DNA of 38,910 nucleotides from Nanobdellota archaeon (GTDB lineage Archaea; Nanobdellota; Nanobdellia; Pacearchaeales; GW2011-AR1): NCBI GenBank assembly GCA_017610405.1, contig JAFCCD010000007.1, positions 1 to 38,910 of the forward strand, read 5' to 3'. Shown piece by piece: positions 28,891 to 37,959 of this stretch (position 1 is its first letter; each line of letters starts with the position of its first letter). The notes under the pieces were generated by a model. It saw only the letters and a program-made list of their open reading frames with translations, ran no database searches and was not told where the DNA came from. The position numbers and the translations under genes were made by a program.

Positions 28891-29247
28891 ATGACAGATA
28901 TATTTGATAACACAATCCTTTGTAAAAACTGTAATGTTAAAATGAACAAGGGAAAACTTGTTAAAAACGGATTTGTTTTAAGAATAGTTGTTTGTCCAAA
29001 GTGTAATAGTAAAATTATTCATCCTGCAGATGAGCAGGAATACAATAGATTTATAAATTTAAAGAATAAGGAATTCAGAGTTAAGATGAGACTTGTGGGA
29101 AACAGTTATGCTGTCTCAATTCCAAAAGAAATTGTCTCTTTTATTAGAGAGCAAGAAAAGATTATGGATGATATGGTAAGATTATGTTTTGAGGATTTTG
29201 GAAGACTCTCATTAAACTTTGATGAGGCAAAGAAATTAAATAAATAA
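28891..29247 (+). CDS. Zn-ribbon + AbrB/MazE-type DNA-binding protein
   Basis: CKNC...CPKC, then KMRLVGNSYAVSIPKEI; start at AAAATG 28891 preferred over GTG 28783. Confidence 0.8.
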   Translation: MTDIFDNTILCKNCNVKMNKGKLVKNGFVLRIVVCPKCNSKIIHPADEQEYNRFINLKNKEFRVKMRLVGNSYAVSIPKEIVSFIREQEKIMDDMVRLCFEDFGRLSLNFDEAKKLNK

Positions 29248-29255
29248 AATGTAAA

Positions 29256-29453
29256 ATGGTAAAAACATATTTAAAAGTAAGAGAAAGATCCTTTCTATTT
29301 GGGGGAGAAAAGATTGTTATTGATGGAGAGAATTTTTATCTAAAATATAATGGGGATAAAGATATGGCTTATAAATTGGCTAAAAATATTATCGGAAGAC
29401 ATAGGGAAAGTGGTTTAAAAGATAAATTAAATTTAAGTACAAAATCCTGGTAA
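29256..29453 (+). CDS. hypothetical protein
   Basis: 65 aa, AAAATG start, coupled to next gene by TAA-A-ATG. Confidence 0.6.
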   Translation: MVKTYLKVRERSFLFGGEKIVIDGENFYLKYNGDKDMAYKLAKNIIGRHRESGLKDKLNLSTKSW

Positions 29454-29454
29454 A

Positions 29455-29820
29455 ATGGTAACAATTGAAAAATTAGAATCAACCTTATTGAATGAAGAAA
29501 TGAAAATTAAATTAACTCCAAATGAGAAATTAGATAATTTAATTACTTCTATTTTTTATCTTAAGGAAAGACAAAATAGGATTGTTATAGAAACGAAAAG
29601 AATCGGTCCTAATAAATATGAAAATAAAATAATTAAAAATAATGGATTTAATTTTTTAGATAGCCAAAGAAAAGATTTTTTAGAAACTATGGAAATTCTT
29701 GGGCAAAAAACATTAGAGAGAATGCCTAATAAAAATACAACTAGGTCTTGTTTTGAAACTTTTTTATATACACTTGATCCTTTTGGAATTAAAAGATTAA
29801 ATAAATATTTTTTAAAATAA
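29455..29820 (+). CDS. hypothetical protein
   Basis: 121 aa, TAA-A-ATG coupling at both ends. Confidence 0.65.
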   Translation: MVTIEKLESTLLNEEMKIKLTPNEKLDNLITSIFYLKERQNRIVIETKRIGPNKYENKIIKNNGFNFLDSQRKDFLETMEILGQKTLERMPNKNTTRSCFETFLYTLDPFGIKRLNKYFLK

Positions 29821-29821
29821 A

Positions 29822-32095
29822 ATGAAAGAAAAAGAAATTCAACTTAAGGTTGTCGAAGCACAACAGGATGATGCCTATAAAGGAGTCGCAAGAATAGATT
29901 CTGAAATTATGAGAAATCTTGGTATTAGTAAAGGAAATCGAGAGACAGTAGCAATTGCAGATAGAGCATATCCTGCAGATGTTGGGGAAGGAATTATAAG
30001 AATTGATGGAATTCTAAGAAGAAATGCAAAGACAGGTATTGGAGAGGTAGTAAAGGTTTCAAAAGCAGAAATTAAAGAAGCTAAAAAAATAATAATAGCA
30101 CCTGCCCAAAAAAATATAATGGTTCAGGCAGAACCTGAAAGTTTGAGAAATGGTTTGTTAGGAAGGGCTGTTCTTAAGGGAGATGTTATTGTTCTTGGAG
30201 GAACCCAGAGAAGAAAAGATTTACTTTCTGAAGATTTTGGAGAATTTGGAGATCTGTTTGGAGATATGTTAGGAAACATGGGTTTTAATCAATTTAGTGG
30301 TGGAGGACTAACACAAATTAAATTTGTAGTTGTAAATACATCTCCTAACCAACCAGTAATAATTCGAGAAAATACTCAAGTTACCTTAAGTCCTAAGGCT
30401 GTAGAAATAACAGAAGAAAATATTCCTGAAATAAACTATGAAGATATTGGGGGATTATCAGAAGAGATAAAAAAAATTAGGGAAATGGTAGAAATTCCTA
30501 TAAAACATCCTGAAATTTTCCATAGGCTTAGTATAAATCCTCCAAAAGGTGTTTTGCTTCATGGACCTCCTGGAACAGGTAAGACTCTTCTTGCAAAAGC
30601 TGTAGCAAGTGAAACTGAAGCTAATTTTATACTTTTAAATGGTCCTGAAATTATGTCAAAATTTTATGGTGAGAGTGAAAAGAAAATAAGAGATATCTTT
30701 GAAGAGGCAGAGAAAACAGCGCCAACAATAATATTTATTGATGAAATTGATGCAATAGCTCCAAAAAGAGAAGAAGTTACTGGGGAAGTTGAAAGACGTG
30801 TTGTTTCACAGTTGTTGACTTTGATGGATGGTCTTAAATCAAGAGGGAGAGTAATTGTTATAGCTGCAACAAATAGAGTTAATTCTATTGATCCTGCTTT
30901 GAGAAGACCTGGAAGATTTGATAGAGAAATAGAGATAAATGTTCCGAGTAAAGAAGGTAGACTCTTAATATTAAAAATTCATACAAGAGGAATGCCTCTT
31001 TCAAAAGATGTTAAATTAGATGAAATTGCTTCTATAACTCATGGTTTTGTCGGGGCTGATATTGAGTCTCTTGCAAAAGAAGCTGCTATGGGAGTTTTAA
31101 GAAAACTTCTTCCAAAAATTAATCTTGATCAAGAAGAACAAGTTCCTCAAGAAATTCTAAAAAAATTAGTAATAAAACGTAATGATTTTATGGATGCCTT
31201 GAAAATTGTCCGTCCTTCTGCAATGAGGGAAGTTCTTGTAGAAACTCCGAATATTAAATGGAGTGATGTTGGTGGGCTTGATAAAATTAAGCGAGAACTT
31301 AAAGAAGCTGTTGAATGGCCAATGAAATATCCAAAAATGTTCAAAAGAATGGGTATAAGACCTTCTAAAGGAATTCTTCTCTATGGGCCTCCTGGAACAG
31401 GTAAGACTCTTCTTGCAAAAGCTGTAGCAAAAGAATCAGAGGCTAATTTTATTCAGGTTAAAGGACCTAGCTTATTGAGTATGTGGGTGGGTAAATCAGA
31501 AGAAGGAATGAGAAAGATTTTTGAAAGAGCTAGACAAGTTTCTCCTTGTATTATTTTCTTTGATGAAATTGATGCGCTTGCAGGAAAAAGAGGGGTTGAA
31601 ACCGGAACAAAAGTTACTGAAAGAGTGTTGAATCAAATGCTCTCAGAGATGGATGGTCTTGAAGATCTTCATGATGTTTTGGTTATAGGTGCAACAAATC
31701 GACCAGATATGATTGATCCAGGACTTTTAAGACCAGGAAGATTTGATAAGATTTTGCTAGTGCCATCTCCTGAAGAAGAAGGCAGACTTCAGATTTTGAA
31801 AATTCATACAAAAAATATGCCTTTGGATAAAAATGTAAATCTCTCTGATATTGCTAAAAAAACAATAGGATATACAGGAGCAGATATAGAAGCCCTTGCA
31901 AGAGAATCTGCTTTGATTGCTCTTAGAGAATCAAAAGAAGCAAAAATTGTTAAAAAGAAACATTTTGAAGGGGCTTTTAAAAAGATAAAACCAAGTGTGA
32001 ATAAACCAACTCTTGAAGTTTATAAAAAAATGGAAGATAGCTTTTTGAAATCTGCAAAAGCAGCTGTTCCTCTTGAGAGTTCTTACTTTGGGTAA
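29822..32095 (+). CDS. cdc48: CDC48/VCP (VAT) AAA+ ATPase
   Basis: N domain plus two AAA modules GPPGTGKT / IDEID / RPGRFD; C-terminal SYFG tail. Confidence 0.97.
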   Translation: MKEKEIQLKVVEAQQDDAYKGVARIDSEIMRNLGISKGNRETVAIADRAYPADVGEGIIRIDGILRRNAKTGIGEVVKVSKAEIKEAKKIIIAPAQKNIMVQAEPESLRNGLLGRAVLKGDVIVLGGTQRRKDLLSEDFGEFGDLFGDMLGNMGFNQFSGGGLTQIKFVVVNTSPNQPVIIRENTQVTLSPKAVEITEENIPEINYEDIGGLSEEIKKIREMVEIPIKHPEIFHRLSINPPKGVLLHGPPGTGKTLLAKAVASETEANFILLNGPEIMSKFYGESEKKIRDIFEEAEKTAPTIIFIDEIDAIAPKREEVTGEVERRVVSQLLTLMDGLKSRGRVIVIAATNRVNSIDPALRRPGRFDREIEINVPSKEGRLLILKIHTRGMPLSKDVKLDEIASITHGFVGADIESLAKEAAMGVLRKLLPKINLDQEEQVPQEILKKLVIKRNDFMDALKIVRPSAMREVLVETPNIKWSDVGGLDKIKRELKEAVEWPMKYPKMFKRMGIRPSKGILLYGPPGTGKTLLAKAVAKESEANFIQVKGPSLLSMWVGKSEEGMRKIFERARQVSPCIIFFDEIDALAGKRGVETGTKVTERVLNQMLSEMDGLEDLHDVLVIGATNRPDMIDPGLLRPGRFDKILLVPSPEEEGRLQILKIHTKNMPLDKNVNLSDIAKKTIGYTGADIEALARESALIALRESKEAKIVKKKHFEGAFKKIKPSVNKPTLEVYKKMEDSFLKSAKAAVPLESSYFG
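30566..31430 (+). repeat. 43-bp exact direct repeat, D1 and D2 Walker A coding regions of cdc48
   Basis: CCTCCTGGAACAGGTAAGACTCTTCTTGCAAAAGCTGTAGCAA at 30566-30608 and 31388-31430. Confidence 0.92.
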
Positions 32096-32099
32096 TAAA

Positions 32100-32297
32100 A
32101 TGGTAAAATTAACAGAAAGATTAGATAAAAAAAGAATTAAGGAATTAGAAGAGACAGGAAGAATAAAAATTCTTTCTTATGGAAATGATAATAGATTTTT
32201 TGCCATAGTAGATTCAAAAAATCTTTATAAGCATGTTAATGACTCTGATGGGGATTATGTTCTTCTTAAAGAAAATTATCTTGAAAAATCTATTTAA
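32100..32297 (+). CDS. hypothetical protein
   Basis: 65 aa from AAAATG at 32100 (MVKLTERL), directly after cdc48. Confidence 0.6.
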   Translation: MVKLTERLDKKRIKELEETGRIKILSYGNDNRFFAIVDSKNLYKHVNDSDGDYVLLKENYLEKSI

Positions 32298-32300
32298 TAA

Positions 32301-33179
32301 TTATTCACTCGTAACAATAACCTCATCTTCTGAAATTAAAATAGTGTGTTCTGCTTGGCTAACTTTACTTCCTTGAACTTCTACAAGTTGAGAAAAATGA
32401 TGGAGATTTCCGTTGTTTTCTAGTTGTTTAAGACCAAACAAAGCTTTTGTTCCAAATTTTTTAACAAGCCAGCGAGAACAAAAAGGCAAAGTGTTATATT
32501 CTTCTTCTATAAATCCAAGAATCTCCCTTGATATAGGATTTCTTATATTTTTCATATCTTTTAATTCATAAATCCCAGAAGGTTTTCCCTCACGAATTTT
32601 TCCACTTCCTGTTGTTGCAAAAGGCTCAATAGCATAAAGTCCTTGTTTTAATCTTATATTTTTTCCCTCATTGGTATTAGGAATAGTAATTCCTGCATGA
32701 AGCTGGTATTTAGTTATACTATGTCCTGAAAGATTCATTACTGGAGAAAAACCATAAGATTTTATTGTTTTTGAAATAACATATCCTATTTCATTTGTTG
32801 AAACATTTTCTTTTACAATTTTCAGAGAATTTTCTAAAGCTTTTTTAGAGGCTTCTATGAGTTTTTTATTTTCTTCATTGTTTTCTAAATCTATTGAGAA
32901 TGCAGTATCAGCAATCTGTCCATCTATGTGGGCTCCAAAATCAACTTTCAATAATCCAGAAGCTAGAGTTTGATCATCATGTGAAGGAGTGTAATGTGCA
33001 GAAATATTATCTATACTTAAAGTTACAGGAAATGCAGATTTTGCCCCTAGTTCTTCTATTTTCTTTTCCATTTTTTCAGCAATTTCTAATAAAGCAACAT
33101 CTTTTTTTATGATTGATTTGGCATATTTTCTAACTTCAGATGTTATTTTTCCCGCCTTGAGAATTTTTTCTCTATCCAT
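32301..33179 (-). CDS. map: methionine aminopeptidase type II
   Basis: AHYTP, KVDFGAHIDGQIADTA, NLSGH, AIEPF, QAEHT. Confidence 0.96.
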   Translation of the reverse strand: MDREKILKAGKITSEVRKYAKSIIKKDVALLEIAEKMEKKIEELGAKSAFPVTLSIDNISAHYTPSHDDQTLASGLLKVDFGAHIDGQIADTAFSIDLENNEENKKLIEASKKALENSLKIVKENVSTNEIGYVISKTIKSYGFSPVMNLSGHSITKYQLHAGITIPNTNEGKNIRLKQGLYAIEPFATTGSGKIREGKPSGIYELKDMKNIRNPISREILGFIEEEYNTLPFCSRWLVKKFGTKALFGLKQLENNGNLHHFSQLVEVQGSKVSQAEHTILISEDEVIVTSE

Positions 33180-33245
33180 ATTTTAAAAGTTATAATGAGC
33201 TTTAAATAATCTTGTTTTTATAAATATTTTCTTTAAAATTTTTGC

Positions 33246-33842
33246 TTAATTTTTAAATTTTTCTCCAATGAAAAAGAAAGGAAACAAGATATCACTTATA
33301 CAACAAGGGATTATAACAGATATAAATACAATTAAAAAAGCACTTATAAAATAAATAAGATTAAAACCTGAACTAAATGCTAAAAGATAAAACAAACTTG
33401 CAAAGACAGATAAAAAAACATGTATGAAATGAGGTATCTTGGTTATTTTGGTAAATATCCCAATCAAACTTCCGATTATTGCTGCAGCTAAAATAAGAAG
33501 AGGTTTTTCAATTAATAATAAATGGAAAGAGGGTCTTAAATTGAATATGTTCCCTCCAAGCCAAGGGAAGATTATATCACTGAGACTTCCGATGATTATT
33601 GCTCCGGTTATTCCAATTAATAATGCAGGAATTATTTTAGGTTTGTATTTATAAAAAATTCCTGTAGTTACTATTGATGAAACAATTATGTGTAGCGGAT
33701 GAAAAACCCCAAATAAATTTTCTGAAATTTGTTTTTGAAGCAGATATTGAAAAAGAAAAACCAATATTATTGCAATTATTGTTGCAAATGCAGTAAAAGG
33801 AAGATGATTTTTTAATTCATGAATTATTTCCTTTGTTTCCAT
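33246..33842 (-). CDS. polytopic membrane protein with internal HxxH...SD repeat
   Basis: About 6 hydrophobic helices; HPLH..SDIIFP and HFIH..SDILFP; TAATG overlap with polB stop. Confidence 0.8.
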   Translation of the reverse strand: METKEIIHELKNHLPFTAFATIIAIILVFLFQYLLQKQISENLFGVFHPLHIIVSSIVTTGIFYKYKPKIIPALLIGITGAIIIGSLSDIIFPWLGGNIFNLRPSFHLLLIEKPLLILAAAIIGSLIGIFTKITKIPHFIHVFLSVFASLFYLLAFSSGFNLIYFISAFLIVFISVIIPCCISDILFPFFFIGEKFKN

Positions 33843-36313
33843 TAAAAATCTCGTAATGTCATTTGCTTATTTCCTTTTATAATTTCTTTTATTTCTATGC
33901 CAAATATGTTGAATATGGCTTCAACTGCAGGAAGAATCTGTCTTTCTAAGTAATATTCAATATTATATTCTCCTTTTTCCTCAGAAAGTTTTATTTTATC
34001 ACGAACTAATTTTTTCTTTTCTTTGGTTTCTGCAACATAATATTTAATTAGTTTTCCATCACCTATAGGAATTCCTTTTTCTTTCATCTTTCTCGCAGCT
34101 ACAACATGTGGTGAAATTGCTTTGTATTCTGAAAGTGGTTTTTTAAGCATAGTTCTTATTATTAATTCATCTTTGTTGATTTTTCTCTGTTTTATTTTTA
34201 TTATTATATCTTTTACATATTCCAATGCTTTTTTTTCATTTCCTTCTTTAAGAATAAGATTTATTATTTTATTTTGAACTTCTCTTGCTAAAGAACACCA
34301 ATCTCTTCTAACTGTTTCAAATCCGCGAATCTTTAATTTTCCTTTTTCACTTATCAAGGCGTATTTTTTCTTTGCACCAATTGTTCCTGTTCTTTTTGTT
34401 ACCCATAATCCCCTTTTGTAAAAATCCTCTAATTCTAGTTCCATTATTCCTGGGAGTTCTGAATTTAATTTTTTAAGGAATTCTTTAGCCTGAACTTTTG
34501 TTTTATTCCCTAGGCAAAAACAAATACTGTCTGTATCTGCGTAGATAACATTATATCCTGCTGATTTTGTTTTTTTAATTATTTCCTTGTTTAACTCTCT
34601 TACAAATGCTAGAATTGAATGAGAACTTTCTACTGAAAAATATCTTGCACCAAAAAAAGCTATATAACCGTGAACTGATGCAGATAAAAGTTTGAAAGCA
34701 TTACTTCTTGCCTTGGTAATTGGATTTGGATTTTTTTTGTATTCTTTTTTAAATTTCCTTCTTTCTTCAAATATCTCATTTGCAATAGTTGCTATAAATC
34801 CTTGTTTTTTAGAGAAATAAAATTTTGTTTTTTTCCCATTGAATTCTATTTCAGGAGATTCATAAGAATTTTTTTGTTTCTTTTTTAAAAGAGTTGCTTT
34901 AGATATGTTGAATGAAACTATAATGCTAGTATGCATAGAAGTAAAATCAAATATTACAATATCTTTGTATAAACCAGGTATAGGTTCATAAACAAATGCT
35001 CCTTCTGAAGGAGTTCTTGTTCTTCTTTTAGAGATTTCTTCATGCAGGGGACGTTTTTCAGGAATTTCATTGAATTTTTCTAGTCTGTGTAAAATATATG
35101 ATTCTACTTGTTTTGAAAGACCATATCTAGAAACATCAAATATTGGTTCTTGAATGGTTCTAGTGAATTCTAGAAGATCAGGCCAAAATTTTCCAAATAA
35201 TCTAAATGTTAAATCTGAATCATGTAGATTATAATCAAAATATTTTTCCCATTGATGTTCTTTTATTTTTGAAGAGTGTTTAAATTTAAAATCTTTTTTT
35301 GAATCTTCAAGAAATTCTTTTGAAACTTCATTTAATGAGAGGGTTTCAGATTGCATATATTGGGAATAAGCTGTTTGAATAAATCTTAATAGATCAATAT
35401 GGGTTATTCCTGAGATTTTACTAGTTTTCATCCTTCCTCTTGAAAATTTTGGTTGGCTTTCATCTAATCCCAAAGTTAGAGGAATTTTGAATTTGTCCGC
35501 TCTTGCCCTAAGATAAGGTAAATCAAATCCATCTGAAAAATAACCAACAAGAAAATCAGGAGATATTTTTTTTACATATTCTACAAATTTTTCTAAAAGC
35601 TCTTTTTCATTTTCTACAAATTCAACATAACTTGGTTTAGAAGTTGTTTTTTTCCATGTTAAAACTTTTTTTAAATTATCTGAAACCAAGGAAATCATGA
35701 GTATTTCCCCTTCTCCTATCTTAAATTCATCACATTCTATATCATATGCTAAAACTTTTGGAGAGAAATCTTTTTTTTCTATTTCCTTGAATTCTTTAAG
35801 TTTCAAACATAAATCAACATCTAACCCTGAATCAATTCCCCCAAATTCCTGAGAATTATTTAACATCTCTCCTTCAACATCATACCAATTCAAAGGAATT
35901 AATTTTTTTTCAATAATATAATGAGTTATAAATCCCAAATCATAACCTCTTCTTTTTTCTATTTCAGGAAAGCCCATCTTATCTGCGATATCATGTAAAT
36001 CTTTATAATTTGTAGCAAAAACTTTCAAGGCCCTTACTTTTTTGTTTAGAAAGTTTTTGTTTTGTAATTCAATTTTTTCAACTTTAGTCTGTCTTCCTTT
36101 TATATCTAATTTTATTTTAGAAATTTTTTTAATTAATCCATTAATCTTTTTTTCACTTAAACCTTCTTTTAAAATAGCCCATAAAAAAACAGGACACGAA
36201 TCTATTATACAAACTCTTTTTCCTTTACTATTTCTTCCAATTATTTTAGTATAGTTTTTCCCTTCAAAATCAAAATAATCATAATCTATTGGTATAAAAT
36301 CTGTTTTTATCAT
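33842..36313 (-). CDS. polB: family B DNA polymerase with 3'-5' exonuclease, divergent dNTP-binding motifs
   Basis: YDIE, FDLPYL, YNLHD, DFTSMHTSII, KLLSASVHGY, YADTDS, KKKYAL, RGFETVRRDW, PIP QMTLRDF. Confidence 0.95.
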   Translation of the reverse strand: MIKTDFIPIDYDYFDFEGKNYTKIIGRNSKGKRVCIIDSCPVFLWAILKEGLSEKKINGLIKKISKIKLDIKGRQTKVEKIELQNKNFLNKKVRALKVFATNYKDLHDIADKMGFPEIEKRRGYDLGFITHYIIEKKLIPLNWYDVEGEMLNNSQEFGGIDSGLDVDLCLKLKEFKEIEKKDFSPKVLAYDIECDEFKIGEGEILMISLVSDNLKKVLTWKKTTSKPSYVEFVENEKELLEKFVEYVKKISPDFLVGYFSDGFDLPYLRARADKFKIPLTLGLDESQPKFSRGRMKTSKISGITHIDLLRFIQTAYSQYMQSETLSLNEVSKEFLEDSKKDFKFKHSSKIKEHQWEKYFDYNLHDSDLTFRLFGKFWPDLLEFTRTIQEPIFDVSRYGLSKQVESYILHRLEKFNEIPEKRPLHEEISKRRTRTPSEGAFVYEPIPGLYKDIVIFDFTSMHTSIIVSFNISKATLLKKKQKNSYESPEIEFNGKKTKFYFSKKQGFIATIANEIFEERRKFKKEYKKNPNPITKARSNAFKLLSASVHGYIAFFGARYFSVESSHSILAFVRELNKEIIKKTKSAGYNVIYADTDSICFCLGNKTKVQAKEFLKKLNSELPGIMELELEDFYKRGLWVTKRTGTIGAKKKYALISEKGKLKIRGFETVRRDWCSLAREVQNKIINLILKEGNEKKALEYVKDIIIKIKQRKINKDELIIRTMLKKPLSEYKAISPHVVAARKMKEKGIPIGDGKLIKYYVAETKEKKKLVRDKIKLSEEKGEYNIEYYLERQILPAVEAIFNIFGIEIKEIIKGNKQMTLRDF

Positions 36314-36462
36314 TGAGTTTAAAAGAAGATGAGTTATTTAAAGTTTCAGAATTCTGTTAAAAATAGATAATTAAACAGGATTCAAAACCCCTATTTTGTT
36401 GTTACTTCTTTCGAGTTTCTACAAGGGAAAAGATTTAAAAATTAAAAATTCTAATATTTATC

Positions 36463-36825
36463 ATGAAAAATATAGAAAAAAATATTCTTAATTCATTTAA
36501 ACTTGCTAAAAGTGATATAATAAAAATTCAGGATAAATATCTTGATTTAAAAAAAATTCAAGCTAATATTCTTGATAGATTATTTAAATTAGAAACAAGT
36601 AAGACTAAAATACAAAGACCAATAAAAATTGTTCAGGAAATTAAAAAGCCTGTTATTCATACTAAGCGTAAGATTTATGTTGCTTCAAAAGAAGGGAAAA
36701 AATTTCACCTTCATAATTGCCCTTATGCACAAAACATAAGGCCTAAAATGTTGGTTAAGTTTAAGACAAAAACCACTGCCTTAAATAATGGTTATGAACC
36801 TTGTAAATGTATACATAGGATATAA
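36463..36825 (+). CDS. coiled-coil + Ada-like metal-binding domain protein
   Basis: C-terminal YVASKEGKKFH..NCPYAQNI.....F.....ALNNGYEPCKC. Confidence 0.75.
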   Translation: MKNIEKNILNSFKLAKSDIIKIQDKYLDLKKIQANILDRLFKLETSKTKIQRPIKIVQEIKKPVIHTKRKIYVASKEGKKFHLHNCPYAQNIRPKMLVKFKTKTTALNNGYEPCKCIHRI

Positions 36826-36878
36826 TCAAAGATTCTTTTCTTCATAAATTATTTATATTCTAATTACATATATTTTTC

Positions 36879-37919
36879 ATGGGATTAAACATTCGGGATA
36901 TTATTCCAAGAAAAGAAATAGAATTTTCTGATTTAAAGGGAAAAATAGTTTGTGTAGATGCATATAATATGCTTTATCAATTCCTTTCAACTATAAGACA
37001 ACCAGATGGAACTCCTTTGATGGATAATAAGAAAAGAATTACAAGTCATTTGTCAGGAATTTTTTATAGAAATATAAATCTTTTATCAGAAGGAGTAAAA
37101 CTTATTTATGTTTTTGATGGAGAAGCTCCTGCACTTAAAGTAGGAACCCATAATAAAAGAAAAGAAAGCAGGGAAATTGCTAAGAAAAGATATGAAGAAG
37201 CAAGACAAAAAGAAGATATGGGTTCTATGAAAAGATATGGTAGTCAACTTATAAGATTAAATAATAAAATGATTGAAGAGAGTAAAGAGCTTTTAGAAGC
37301 TATGGGAGTTTTTACAATTCAGGCTCCTAGTGAGGGCGAGGCAGAAGCATCTTATTTAAATAAAATTAAGAGCGATATTTATGGAACTGTGAGTCAAGAT
37401 TATGATTGTTTACTTTTTGGGGCACCTATGCTTATTAGGAATCTTGCATCTGCAAGAAAAAGAAGAACTTTTTCAGGATGGATAGAAATAAAACCAGAAT
37501 TAATTGAATTACAAGGAGTTTTAAATATCCTTGAAATAAATTTAGATCAGTTAATTTGTCTTGGAATTTTAGTTGGAACAGATTATAATCCAAAAGGTAT
37601 TCCCGGAATAGGGCAAAAAAGAGCACTTGATATTGTTAAGAAATATAGGCAACCTGTTTTGATTTTTAAAGATGTTGAAGAGCAGATAATGAGTCTTCCT
37701 AAAGAAGATAGATTTGATTGGAAAGAAATATTTGAACTTTTTCACAAACCAGATGTAAAAAATTTTGAAATTGAATTTAAAAAAATAGATGAAGAAAAGA
37801 TAAAAGAGATACTTGTTAAAGAACATGATTTCTCTGAAGAAAGGGTTGAAAAACAGCTTGGAAAATTAAGAGAGCTAAAAGAGAAAAAGAAACAGAAAGG
37901 ATTGGGTGAGTGGATTTGA
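36879..37919 (+). CDS. fen: flap endonuclease 1
   Basis: DAYNMLYQFLSTIRQPDG, VFDG, APSEGEAE, SQDYD, GTDYN..GI.GIG, PIP QKGLGEWI. Confidence 0.98.
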   Translation: MGLNIRDIIPRKEIEFSDLKGKIVCVDAYNMLYQFLSTIRQPDGTPLMDNKKRITSHLSGIFYRNINLLSEGVKLIYVFDGEAPALKVGTHNKRKESREIAKKRYEEARQKEDMGSMKRYGSQLIRLNNKMIEESKELLEAMGVFTIQAPSEGEAEASYLNKIKSDIYGTVSQDYDCLLFGAPMLIRNLASARKRRTFSGWIEIKPELIELQGVLNILEINLDQLICLGILVGTDYNPKGIPGIGQKRALDIVKKYRQPVLIFKDVEEQIMSLPKEDRFDWKEIFELFHKPDVKNFEIEFKKIDEEKIKEILVKEHDFSEERVEKQLGKLRELKEKKKQKGLGEWI

Positions 37920-37930
37920 AAAAAGAAAGA

Positions 37931-37955
37931 TTTAAATAATCAACATAATTATGTT
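37931..37955 (+). promoter_or_regulatory. vapBC promoter with palindromic operator
   Basis: TTTAAATA 37931-37938, then perfect 14-bp palindrome AACATAATTATGTT 37942-37955. Confidence 0.7.
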
Positions 37956-37959
37956 ATTT

